Origin: an uncultured archaeon
Lineage (GTDB): Archaea > Aenigmatarchaeota > Aenigmatarchaeia > QMZS01
Length of the DNA stretch: 40,051 nucleotides
Direction of reading: 5' to 3'
NCBI GenBank assembly: GCA_964386335.1
Contig: CAYLRQ010000001.1
Coordinates: 13,568 to 53,618, forward strand
In this document: positions 1 through 9,101 of the stretch, piece after piece
Layout: the number at the start of each line of letters is the position of its first letter
Position numbering within the stretch: the first letter of the stretch is position 1
The notes under the pieces: model-generated
Seen by the model: the letters and a program-made list of their open reading frames with translations, nothing else
Database searches by the model: none
Told to the model about the DNA's origin: nothing
Made by a program: the position numbers and the translations under genes

Positions 1-6
1 AATATA

Positions 7-753
7 ATGTTTCTAAAACTAAAAACAAGAGACTTCAATTTTCAGAAAATTTTTAATTCTGGATTATTTTATTTCTTTTATGAATCTGAACCTGTTAGAG
101 AAATTTACTTCAATGGAAAACTTTTTAAATTAGAATTCCGGCAGAAAAATAATTGCCTGATCATAACTTGCCCTATGAAATTTAAAAAAGAGGAGAGAGA
201 CAATCTAATCAGAAGAATAAAATATTGTTTTGGTCTGGAAGAAGACTTGACAGATTTTTATAAAATCTGCGAAAAAGATCCCGTGCTCAAAGACCATCTC
301 GAAAAAATAAAAGAAACGAGAATCATCTCCGCTTTTTCAGATTTTGAATCTCTGGTTGGAGCGATAATCTCGCAGAATAACTCTTATAAAAACTACAGAA
401 GACAGATGTATTCGGTTTATAAAAAAATAAATTTTATTCCGGAAAATTATACAGAAAAAAAACTATCTGGATTGAAATTGGGTTACAAAATTTCTTTTTT
501 GGTTGGCCTTGCTAAAACTTTTGGAAAAATTGAAATCGGAAAAATAAAGGGAATAGGCAAATATTCAATAAATTTATTTGAGATATTTCAGAGGAGAAAC
601 TACAATTGTTTTTATATGGATTGCCTAACAGAAAAAATTCTAAGAGAAAAATATAAAATAAACGACAATTTTGAAGAAAACACAAAAAGACTTTGGGGAA
701 AATACCGAGGTCTCGCCGAAGCTTATTTACAGAGATTTTTTGAGAGAAAATAA
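7..753 (+). CDS. HhH-GPD superfamily DNA glycosylase (Ogg/AlkA-like)
   Basis: 248-aa ORF. 'LVGAIISQNNS' core and helix-hairpin-helix-like 'IKGIGKYSINLFEIF' followed by an Asp-containing segment resemble HhH-GPD glycosylases. Motif-level recognition only. Confidence 0.5.
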   Translation: MFLKLKTRDFNFQKIFNSGLFYFFYESEPVREIYFNGKLFKLEFRQKNNCLIITCPMKFKKEERDNLIRRIKYCFGLEEDLTDFYKICEKDPVLKDHLEKIKETRIISAFSDFESLVGAIISQNNSYKNYRRQMYSVYKKINFIPENYTEKKLSGLKLGYKISFLVGLAKTFGKIEIGKIKGIGKYSINLFEIFQRRNYNCFYMDCLTEKILREKYKINDNFEENTKRLWGKYRGLAEAYLQRFFERK

Positions 754-787
754 TTTCAAACCTTTAAATTATTAAATTGATAAAGTT

Positions 788-1174
788 ATGGGCAAGACAA
801 AAACGAGCAAGATGAGAGGTTCAAAAACCTGTGGATATGGTTCAAAAAAGAAACACAGAGGAAAAGGTTCGAAAGGAGGTAAAGGAATGGCTGGTTCAAA
901 AAAACACAAAAAATTCAAAGTTTTAAAGGAAAATCCAGAATACTTTATCCACAAAAAACTGAAAGGCAGAAAAAAATCAGAGAAAGTAATTAACATAAGG
1001 GATCTTGAAAAAATCAAAGAAAACAAAATAAATCTGAAAGAACTTGGATACACAAAATTGCTTGGAGATGGAGAAATAAAAAGAAAAATCGAAATTGTGA
1101 TAGATAAATGGAGCAAAGGGGCTGAAGAAAAAATAAAAAAAGCGGGAGGAAAAATAATTGCATCAGAATCTTAA
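788..1174 (+). CDS. rpl15: 50S ribosomal protein uL15 (L15P)
   Basis: Very basic Gly/Lys-rich N-terminus 'RGSKTCGYGSKKKHRGKGSKGGKGMAG' is typical of archaeal L15. It lies immediately upstream of secY, the conserved L15-SecY order. Confidence 0.88.
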   Translation: MGKTKTSKMRGSKTCGYGSKKKHRGKGSKGGKGMAGSKKHKKFKVLKENPEYFIHKKLKGRKKSEKVINIRDLEKIKENKINLKELGYTKLLGDGEIKRKIEIVIDKWSKGAEEKIKKAGGKIIASES

Positions 1175-1216
1175 ATGGGAATGTGATAAATATTATTTTT
1201 TAATTGAATTTATTTA

Positions 1217-2557
1217 ATGGATCTATTAAATATACTTCCAGGAGTTGCAAATCCAAAAACAAGACTAAATTTTAAGGATAGATTAAAATGGACAGGAATA
1301 GGTCTGTTGTTGTTCTATTTGATGGGTTTTATACATGTTGCCGGAGCCCAGGCTGAAGTTTATGACAGATTCAAGCAGATTTCTGTCTTGATGGGTTCTA
1401 AATTTGGAACTCTTGCAACTTTGGGAATTGGTCCAATAGTTACGGCTTCTATTCTTTTGCAGGTTTTGGTCGGTTCCAAAATAATAAATTGGGATTTGAA
1501 TACAAAAGAAGGAAGATCAAAATTTCAGGGAACACAAAAACTTCTCGCCATTGCTTTCTGTTTTTTGGAAGGTTTCGCTTATGTCCTGTTTGGGGCGGTT
1601 CCCGCCAGTTCACCTTCATTAATACCCATGGTAGGTCTACAAATTGCTCTCGGTGGTTTAATAATTTTATTCCTTGATGAAGTGATAATGAAATGGGGCA
1701 TCGGCTCGGGTGTTTCCCTATTTATTGCCGCCGGGGTTTCAGAGAGAGTATTTATTGGTTTGTTCTCTCCTTTTGAAAAGGCAGGGGCAATTGCACAATT
1801 GATATACGGCTTTTCAACTGCAAATTTTGTTCTCGTTGGAATGGCGGTCACAACAATTGCGGCAACTATTCTAATTTTTGCTATTTGCCTGTATGCTCAG
1901 TCAATTAAAGTAGAAATTCCTCTGGCCTTTTCCCAACTGAGAGGTTTTGGAAGAAGATGGCCTTTGAATTTCTTTTATACTTCAAACATTCCGGTAATTC
2001 TGGCAGCGGCATTAATTATAAATATATCTATGGTTGGAGCAATGCTGGATTCAAAAGGAATAAGCATCCTTGGAAAATTTGATGAATCTGGAACTCCTGC
2101 TCCAGGAGGAATTGTCTATTATCTAACGCCCCCTCACAATGTTCTTCAGAAGTTCCTGTTCGGCTTTGGTCCAGATCCAGTAGATGTTGTTAGAATTTTT
2201 ACTTATTTGGTTTTTTTGACAATTCTCTGTGTCGTGTTTTCTATATTCTGGGTTGAAACTGCAAATATGGGTCCCGAGGCCGTTGCCGATCAAATTTCAA
2301 ATATTGGCATGCAAATCCCGGGATTTAGAAAAGATAAGAGAATTCTTATAAAAATATTGAGTAAATACATATATCCGCTTACTGTATTGGGTGGAATTGC
2401 CGTAGGTATTTTGGCCGCCCTGGCAGATTTTACCGGAGCTTTGGGTACGGGAACCGGAATTTTACTTACGGTGATGATTTTATACAATTTCTATGAGAGA
2501 ATTTCCCAGCAATATATAGAAGATATGAATCCTGCTGTAAGAAAGTTCTTTAAATAA
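1217..2557 (+). CDS. secY: Preprotein translocase subunit SecY
   Basis: 446-aa polytopic membrane protein. 'RLKWTGIGLLLFYLM', 'LGIGPIVTASILLQ' and 'WGIGSGVSLFIAAG' are SecY/Sec61alpha signatures. It follows uL15. Confidence 0.93.
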   Translation: MDLLNILPGVANPKTRLNFKDRLKWTGIGLLLFYLMGFIHVAGAQAEVYDRFKQISVLMGSKFGTLATLGIGPIVTASILLQVLVGSKIINWDLNTKEGRSKFQGTQKLLAIAFCFLEGFAYVLFGAVPASSPSLIPMVGLQIALGGLIILFLDEVIMKWGIGSGVSLFIAAGVSERVFIGLFSPFEKAGAIAQLIYGFSTANFVLVGMAVTTIAATILIFAICLYAQSIKVEIPLAFSQLRGFGRRWPLNFFYTSNIPVILAAALIINISMVGAMLDSKGISILGKFDESGTPAPGGIVYYLTPPHNVLQKFLFGFGPDPVDVVRIFTYLVFLTILCVVFSIFWVETANMGPEAVADQISNIGMQIPGFRKDKRILIKILSKYIYPLTVLGGIAVGILAALADFTGALGTGTGILLTVMILYNFYERISQQYIEDMNPAVRKFFK

Positions 2558-2700
2558 ATAGTGAGAAGAAGGTGCCCGCACTATTTAAATTCTATCATAA
2601 CCTCAATGCTCTCCACAGGCATTCTCTGACTTTTCTCTTATTTCATATCAAGCTATTCTTTACTTCAATTACAAAAGTTACCAATTCAAATTAGAGAATT

Positions 2701-5094
2701 TTATAGATGGCAAATAACTTCAAAATTTCCCTCTCTAAATGAAACTTCTTCAACTCTGTTTGTTCCCTTTATGTCCGGCAGAACCCGTTTTAATTTCTCA
2801 ATATCTTCCTTTTTAGCCGCTATTTCGATTTTGCTGATTTGTTTTCCAAGAGATAATCTGTTCGATATTTTCCACCTGCGAACTTCCGAAATTACTTCTT
2901 TCAGCAACATGCCGGTTTTTAGAGATTCTCTGTCTTCAATTATTTTTTCGGGAAAATTAGATAAATGAATACTCTTGTCTTTCTCCATTTCTTTAAATAA
3001 AATCTGATAAATCTCTTCCGTAATATAAGGAATAAATGGGGCGAATAACTTGAGTATTCCAAGCAAAACATTATACAAAGTCCATTTAGCACTTAGTTTT
3101 GACTTTTCGTCCTCTCCGTAAATTCTATATTTGACTATTTCAAGATAAAAGTCGCAGAACTCGTGTTTGAAAAACATTTCCGTAATTCTTCTCGCCTCGC
3201 TGAGTTCATATTTGCCAAAATATTTGTGATAATCTTCAATAACAAGACCGAATCTCGTCAGGATCCATCTGTCAACAACAGTTAATTCGGGTTTTTTTAG
3301 TTTTTCAATATTTTGATGTATAAATCTCGAAGCATTCCAGAGTTTAATTAAAATATCCATGTTATGTTTTAAATCTTCCTCTCTAAAAGGCAAATCTTCC
3401 CCGATTTTTGCCGTTGTTGCCCAGAGCCTAATGGCGTCAGCACAATATTTTTCAATAATCTTTAAGGGGTCTATTATATTTCCAAGAGATTTTGACATTT
3501 TCTTTCCTTTCCTGTCAAGACCATGACCGGAAATCATTATATCTTTCCAGGGTTGTTTATCTAAATGCAAGTAAGATTTCAATATTGTGTAAAATGCCCA
3601 TGTTCTAATGATGTCGTGTCCTTGAGGTCTAAGAGACATCGGAAATATTTTTTCAAAAAATTCTTCATCTTCTTTCCATTTAGAATTTATCAACGGGGTG
3701 ATTGAAGAAGTAAACCAGGTATCAAATACATCCAATTCCGGAATAAATTCATTACTTCCGCATTTTGGACATTTCTTCGGATTGTCCTTCTCAGGATCTA
3801 CGGGTAATTTTTCATCTTCTGCTAAAACAACCTCTCCACAATTTTTGCAATACCAAACAGGAAACGGAACTCCATAATATCTCTGCCTTGAGATGCACCA
3901 ATCCCATTTTAAATTATTTACCCAATCTTCATAACGCCTTCTGTAAAATTTGGGATACCAGTTCACTTTTCTTCCAATTTCTATAAGTTTTTCTTTATGT
4001 TTCAGAATATTGACGAACCATTGCTTTGTAACTATGAATTCAACAGGAGTTTTACATCTCCAGCAAACGCCAACATTCTGTTTTAATTCCTCTTGTTTAT
4101 ATAAAATACCTTTTTCTTTTAAATCACTTATTATTTTTTCTCTCGCTTCTTCTATCGTCATTCCCTCGTATTGTTTTGCCATTTTATTCATTTTTCCGTC
4201 TTTTGTGATACATATTCTTAAAGGAAGATCGTGTATTTTCCACCATTCAATATCGGTCTTATCTCCAAATGTGCAAATCATCACAACTCCCGTACCAAAA
4301 TCCGGATCAACTTTTTCATCAGCAAAAATTTCAACTTCTTGTCCAAAGATGGGGACAAATGCCTTTCTGCCTATGTAATTTCTATATCTCTTATCTTCGG
4401 GATGAACCACTATTCCCACACAGGCGGGCAGCAATTCGGGTCTCGTTGTTGCTATTTTTATTTTCTCCCCATCCGACAATTCAAAAGTTAAATAATTAAG
4501 ATTTGTTATTCTTTCCTTATCATCAACTTCTGCCTGGGCCAGAGCAGTCTGATGAAAAGGACACCATATAGTTGGTTCTTCTTTTCTGTAAATTTCGCCT
4601 TTTTTATATAAATCAATAAAAGACCTTTGAGCCTGTTTTTGGCAAAAATTATCAATTGTTCTGTACAATAAATCACGGTCCCAGGAAAATCCCAAAGCTT
4701 CAAAAATTTTAGAATATTCAAGTTCTAGTTCTGTGGCAATATTGAAACACATTTTCCTGAATTCGTTTCTTTCAATGGTTGCTTTGGATACTTTTTTTGT
4801 TTCTTCAACATATTTTTCAGTTGGAAGCCCGTTATCATCAAAACAAGTTGGAAAGAAAACTTCATATCCGAGCATCCTTTTATATCTTGCAATATATTCA
4901 AAATGAGTATAACTCATAACGTGGCCAATATGCATCTTTCCGCTCGGCGTTATCGGTGGAACATCTATGGAGAATATATTTTTCCCCGACTTTATATTAA
5001 ACTTATAAATTTTTTCTTTTTTCCAGAACGCTCTCCATTTTTCTTCAATTTTTCCTAAATCCGGTCTCTTTGGCAAAGTTTCCATAATTAGCAT
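2701..5094 (-). CDS. valS: Valyl-tRNA synthetase (class I aaRS)
   Basis: 797 aa. HIGH motif 'SGKMHIGH', KMSKS motif 'KMSKSLGN', a CP1 editing-type insertion and Zn-knuckle 'CWRCKTP...CKNCG...CPKCG'. Size and N-terminal pattern fit archaeal ValRS better than IleRS or LeuRS. An alternative start is at 5085. Confidence 0.8.
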   Translation of the reverse strand: MLIMETLPKRPDLGKIEEKWRAFWKKEKIYKFNIKSGKNIFSIDVPPITPSGKMHIGHVMSYTHFEYIARYKRMLGYEVFFPTCFDDNGLPTEKYVEETKKVSKATIERNEFRKMCFNIATELELEYSKIFEALGFSWDRDLLYRTIDNFCQKQAQRSFIDLYKKGEIYRKEEPTIWCPFHQTALAQAEVDDKERITNLNYLTFELSDGEKIKIATTRPELLPACVGIVVHPEDKRYRNYIGRKAFVPIFGQEVEIFADEKVDPDFGTGVVMICTFGDKTDIEWWKIHDLPLRICITKDGKMNKMAKQYEGMTIEEAREKIISDLKEKGILYKQEELKQNVGVCWRCKTPVEFIVTKQWFVNILKHKEKLIEIGRKVNWYPKFYRRRYEDWVNNLKWDWCISRQRYYGVPFPVWYCKNCGEVVLAEDEKLPVDPEKDNPKKCPKCGSNEFIPELDVFDTWFTSSITPLINSKWKEDEEFFEKIFPMSLRPQGHDIIRTWAFYTILKSYLHLDKQPWKDIMISGHGLDRKGKKMSKSLGNIIDPLKIIEKYCADAIRLWATTAKIGEDLPFREEDLKHNMDILIKLWNASRFIHQNIEKLKKPELTVVDRWILTRFGLVIEDYHKYFGKYELSEARRITEMFFKHEFCDFYLEIVKYRIYGEDEKSKLSAKWTLYNVLLGILKLFAPFIPYITEEIYQILFKEMEKDKSIHLSNFPEKIIEDRESLKTGMLLKEVISEVRRWKISNRLSLGKQISKIEIAAKKEDIEKLKRVLPDIKGTNRVEEVSFREGNFEVICHL

Positions 5095-5283
5095 ACAATA
5101 TTATTTTTAGTAAATTCTGATTTAATTGCAGATTTCTTCAGATATTGTTGCCTCTAAACAAATCCGGGAAGGTAATAACTGCCAAAAAGAATTCCTGAAA
5201 AAGGAGATTTCTTCGTTAATAAAGAAACCAAAGTTATTTTTATTTCATTTGGTTTATTTAACTTAACTTTTAAATTTTTATTT

Positions 5284-5856
5284 ATGGAACCCAAACTGTT
5301 TGGAAAGTGGGAATATAATGTGGAAATATCCGATCTTGGATTGAAGAGATATATTAATCTCGAGCCAAAGATTTTGCCTAAAACAAACGGGAGAACAAAA
5401 AACAAGAATGTTGTTGAAAAACTTATTACTCATTTAATGGTTCCGGGACATAGAGGAAAAAAACACAGACTCACAAGTGGATTGTGTTCGGGAAAATATC
5501 AGACAATTTATAATATAGTCGAAAAATCCTTTGACATCATCGCGGAAAAAACGAAGAAAAATCCAATTTTGGTTTTTGTTCTGGCAATAGAAAATGCTTC
5601 TCCTTATGAATTAACGGTTTCTCAGCAAATTGGGGGAATTGTTGCAAGAAAACCCGCAATCTGCTCTCCAAAAAAGAGATTGGATTTATCTTTGAGAAGA
5701 CTCGTACAAGGAAGTTATGAAAAATCCTTTAATAAAAAGAAAAAAATGTTTGAAGCTTTGGCCGAGGAAATAATAAATGCCAGCAAAAATAGTCCGGAAA
5801 GTTATGCCATAGCAGAAAGGCAGAGAAATGAAAAAGAAGCAGAAGGCGCGAGATAA
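5284..5856 (+). CDS. rps7: 30S ribosomal protein uS7 (S7P/S5e)
   Basis: N-terminus 'LFGKWEYNVEISDLGLKRYINL' and C-terminal 'AIAERQRNEKEAEGAR' are typical of archaeal S7. 190 aa. Confidence 0.88.
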   Translation: MEPKLFGKWEYNVEISDLGLKRYINLEPKILPKTNGRTKNKNVVEKLITHLMVPGHRGKKHRLTSGLCSGKYQTIYNIVEKSFDIIAEKTKKNPILVFVLAIENASPYELTVSQQIGGIVARKPAICSPKKRLDLSLRRLVQGSYEKSFNKKKKMFEALAEEIINASKNSPESYAIAERQRNEKEAEGAR

Positions 5857-5959
5857 TTTAATCAGCTTTAAATATCTATAAACCCTTCTGAATGGAGTAA
5901 AAACCGCTTTATAATTTCAAAAAAGCGTAAGTTTTTATTAATTAAAAATTTGTTAGTTT

Positions 5960-6496
5960 ATGGAAAAAACTATTAAAATTCCCGAAGGCATAGAATGTTC
6001 CGTGGAGGGATTTAAAGTAAGAGTTAAGGGAAAACTTGGAGAGCTGGAAAGAGATTTGTTTAATAAAGGAATTGCAAATATCATTAAAATCGAAAAATCC
6101 GGGGAAGAAATAAAAATTTCTTCAAATCTGAATAACAAGAAAGGAAAAGCTCTTCTTGGAACAATCATCGCCCGCATATCAAATCTTTTTAGAGGAGTTT
6201 CGCAGGGATATACTTATAAGTTAAAAATTGTTTATACCCATTTTCCCATTTCCGTAAAGCAGGAGGGAGATTCAATAATTTTATCGAACTTTCTCGGACA
6301 GAAAGGAAACAAAAAGATGAAAATTCCCGCCGGAGTAAAGGCAGAGATAAAAAAAGATGAAATAGTGGTTTCTGGAATTGACAAAGAACTTGTCGGACAA
6401 ACTGCCGCAAACATAGAAAAACTAACAAAAGTGAGCAAATTGGATAGAAGAAGATTTCAGGATGGCATATTTATTTTTGAAAAACCAAAAAATTAG
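5960..6496 (+). CDS. rpl6: 50S ribosomal protein uL6 (L6P)
   Basis: 'IKIPEGIECSVEGFKVRVKGKLGELERDL' and the duplicated-domain layout, 178 aa, are typical of archaeal L6. Confidence 0.88.
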   Translation: MEKTIKIPEGIECSVEGFKVRVKGKLGELERDLFNKGIANIIKIEKSGEEIKISSNLNNKKGKALLGTIIARISNLFRGVSQGYTYKLKIVYTHFPISVKQEGDSIILSNFLGQKGNKKMKIPAGVKAEIKKDEIVVSGIDKELVGQTAANIEKLTKVSKLDRRRFQDGIFIFEKPKN

Positions 6497-6777
6497 GTTT
6501 TCCTCTTGGATTTTCTCGATTTTCCCGGCAGAGATATTCTCCTGTGCCTTGCGCAACTCAAACAAACATACAATCTTTTTGAGGGCAACATTAAACTATT
6601 TTTGGTTATTTCCTTTTTCATTGTGGGATCTGATATGGAAAATCCGCTTTTTTTTAGAAATGTTTTATATTTTGGAACTTTTTTCCCGCAAAAAGAACAT
6701 ATTACCATCGACTCTGTTCCTCTTCCCCTTCCATGCTTATGGACTCTCTTATAAGGTGCCTTTACCATAAATAACAT
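6493..6777 (-). CDS. rps26e: 30S ribosomal protein eS26 (S26e)
   Basis: 'KHGRGRGTESMVICSFCGKKVPKYK' and 'LYVCLSCARHRRI' align by eye to eukaryotic/archaeal S26e (GRGHV..RC.NC...VPKDKAI ... YCVSCAIH). The start may be the internal Met at 6768. Confidence 0.78.
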   Translation of the reverse strand: MLFMVKAPYKRVHKHGRGRGTESMVICSFCGKKVPKYKTFLKKSGFSISDPTMKKEITKNSLMLPSKRLYVCLSCARHRRISLPGKSRKSKRKT

Positions 6778-6860
6778 AAAAATATTATTCTTTTAGAACA
6801 ATTTGCATCTAGAAGTTTCTTGAATTATTGAAATCTCCATTTTCTTTCATAACAAATATA

Positions 6861-7439
6861 TTAACAAGATTTCTCAACTTTCAATCTCCATTTATTAATG
6901 GGAAAAATAATCAACCCCGCAGAAATGGCAGTTACGAATTGCATGATTCCAAATGCTGTAAGAAAGGCAACGGGTATAACTCCCAAATTATACAACACCA
7001 AAGCAGAGATAAATAAAAATGCCGCTTTAAGCGCACTTCCATAAAATATTCCCTTCAAATAATGTTTTTTGTGTTTTAGATGGAAGAATTTTACGCTGAA
7101 AATTAGAATTGTATTTCCAATCCAGATGAAGGGGAGCATGAAGAGAAGATAAATCGTCAATGGGCCAAAAAGGACGCCTTTTGTCAGAACTCCAAGACTT
7201 GGAAGAAATATCAGAGGCAGCAGGCTTTTTCCTCTTGTATATAGTGCGCCCGTGATTAGCATGGAATTTACAATTGTTCCAAGCAAAAACTGAGAGTGAA
7301 ATAAAAACAATGGAGTTAAATAAGCTATCAAAGAATATGAACTTATTTCAAAGAGATATTTGTTTCTTGACTGATAAATTCCGGTTTTTAGATTGGACAA
7401 TTCTACGAGATTTTTATAGAAAGTTGTTATCAACGCCAT
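6861..7439 (-). CDS. Integral membrane protein, unknown function
   Basis: 192-aa ORF with about 5-6 hydrophobic spans. No family recognised. Confidence 0.5.
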   Translation of the reverse strand: MALITTFYKNLVELSNLKTGIYQSRNKYLFEISSYSLIAYLTPLFLFHSQFLLGTIVNSMLITGALYTRGKSLLPLIFLPSLGVLTKGVLFGPLTIYLLFMLPFIWIGNTILIFSVKFFHLKHKKHYLKGIFYGSALKAAFLFISALVLYNLGVIPVAFLTAFGIMQFVTAISAGLIIFPINKWRLKVEKSC

Positions 7440-7643
7440 AATATTGATAGGTGATTATGATTATATATACTCTTCCTCGTGATATATTTGAGCAATAAAC
7501 TGCATAAATCTTTAATTTTGGGGGGTACATTTACAATCCGGTTCTTTAAGGCAATGAAAAAAATTATTAGGCAAGGTAGCTTAAGATTTATCAATCCCTC
7601 TTTAGCAAAACTCTAAAAACCCGATATTCAAAAATAAATTTAA

Positions 7644-9101
7644 TTATGACTTCCTTTTATAAAATCTAAAGTAATAGATTGCACTGGCCAATATACCAAC
7701 TGCTATTATAACCATAAGAATTGCTAAATAATCTGGTTGTTTTGGTTTTGAAATCGGTTGTCCTTCTTGCGGTTGTTTCTCTTCTGTTGGTTGTGTTATA
7801 TTTTCTTTTGGATGCTTTGCTGGTTGCTCTTCTTGAACTTCCTCTAAATACTCAACATAGAATTCCACAGAAGTCTCATTAACTATAGAAGCATCTTTCT
7901 CTCCATTTATTTCATAAGTTATTGTTAATTCGTCTCCTTCTGAAACTTCTGGATAAACAAAAGCGTATTCCGGGTCTTTTTCAATAATTTCAACTGTTGC
8001 TTTAGGTGCTGTAACCGTAATTAAATCACTGGAATTCGCAAAGGTTTTTGGAACAGAATCATAAATAATAAAATTTTTTGCTTTCTTCTTTCCCTTATAT
8101 TTTACTTTTAATTCTAATTTTGATTTGTTTTGTTCTATTTTGAATTTTCTTGTTGCCTCCAAATTTGAAGTAATACTTGCCGAAAGCCTCAATAAATTTT
8201 CTATTGCCCGCTGAGACATTTTTCCCTTTCTCAAAACTTTCTCCAAAGCTGTCTGCAATTTTGTATTGTTGCGAAGTCCAACACCAGGAACCAAACTTAA
8301 TTTTTTTGTTGCATTTTTTGCTTTTTTTACCGGAGGGATATAAACTCCTCCGCCAATCCCTCCACCAGTTCCTCCGCCACTGCCTCCATCTCCGCCTTGT
8401 TGTTGTTCTTCCTGCTTACTACCTCCAGCGCTTTTAACAACAACAGTTATTAAGTCTGATTTAGAATCGCAATTTGAAGGTGAAGCGGTGAAGGTGACAT
8501 TTTGAGTTCCAACTGCAGATGCCAAAACAGTGCATGTAAGAGAAGCTCTTCCACCGGGAGAAATCGAAGTCACTGGAGAACATCCGCTCGAGATATTCAT
8601 TCCCGTGCCAGAAACAGAAAAACTCACGGATTCAGCACTTGTGCCCCCACTATTTTCTACATTTAAAGTAACGGTATAAGTAGAATCTTTATCTACTGTG
8701 ACAGAAGAAGGAAAAACAGATAATGAAATTGAAGGGGGTAAAACAACATCAAAGCTTGAACTTTCAGCCGTAGATGGTGAACCCGTAGTGCTAATACTAA
8801 CTTTTATCTTCACATTTGTTTGAATTGTTGAAATTCTTGCAGTTGTCCAGGATACGCTTGTTGTTCCATCTGAGAAAGATTTTGAAGTGCCTTCTTCTGT
8901 TGAAAATCCTGTGGGCAAATCAATTAAATTGACAGTGCCCGAATCGGATAAGCCTGAAACTGTGATTGTAAACGGCATGCCTTTCATTACGGTCCCGCTA
9001 TCTGCACCTGATTGGGTAATTAAAACTGTTGCTGCCTTTACTGGTATGATTAGTGCTAAAGAAATCAAAATTAAAACCAAAACTTTATTTTTTACCATCA
9101 T
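7644..9101 (-). CDS. Secreted, C-terminally membrane-anchored surface protein (Ig/CARDB-like repeats, Gly-rich linker)
   Basis: Signal peptide 'VLVLILISLALIIPVKA'. Ser/Thr-rich beta-type modules ('TYTVTLNVENSGGTSAESVSFSVSG' is CARDB-like). Linker 'QQQGGDGGSGGGTGGGIGGG'. C-terminal TM plus basic tail 'LAILMVIIAVGILASAIYYFRFYKRKS'. ATGA start/stop overlap with the upstream giant gene. Confidence 0.72.
   Translation of the reverse strand: MMVKNKVLVLILISLALIIPVKAATVLITQSGADSGTVMKGMPFTITVSGLSDSGTVNLIDLPTGFSTEEGTSKSFSDGTTSVSWTTARISTIQTNVKIKVSISTTGSPSTAESSSFDVVLPPSISLSVFPSSVTVDKDSTYTVTLNVENSGGTSAESVSFSVSGTGMNISSGCSPVTSISPGGRASLTCTVLASAVGTQNVTFTASPSNCDSKSDLITVVVKSAGGSKQEEQQQGGDGGSGGGTGGGIGGGVYIPPVKKAKNATKKLSLVPGVGLRNNTKLQTALEKVLRKGKMSQRAIENLLRLSASITSNLEATRKFKIEQNKSKLELKVKYKGKKKAKNFIIYDSVPKTFANSSDLITVTAPKATVEIIEKDPEYAFVYPEVSEGDELTITYEINGEKDASIVNETSVEFYVEYLEEVQEEQPAKHPKENITQPTEEKQPQEGQPISKPKQPDYLAILMVIIAVGILASAIYYFRFYKRKS

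Noticed and set aside
763-770. TATA-box-like tttaaatt about 20 nt upstream of the uL15 start; similar A/T boxes lie upstream of most genes
   Set aside because: In ~30% GC DNA such motifs occur by chance throughout intergenic sequence. Without TSS data I cannot tell real promoters from background, so none are reported as features.
6462-6770. Two plus-strand ORFs (102 aa and 82 aa) opposite the eS26 gene
   Set aside because: The minus-strand product matches ribosomal protein S26e. The plus-strand translations are Phe/Leu-rich nonsense.
8330-8410. GC-rich patch inside 7644-9101, considered as a possible embedded ncRNA
   Set aside because: It encodes the Gly/Gln-rich linker (QQQGGDGGSGGGTGGGIGGG) in frame. 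GGN codon usage explains the GC enrichment.
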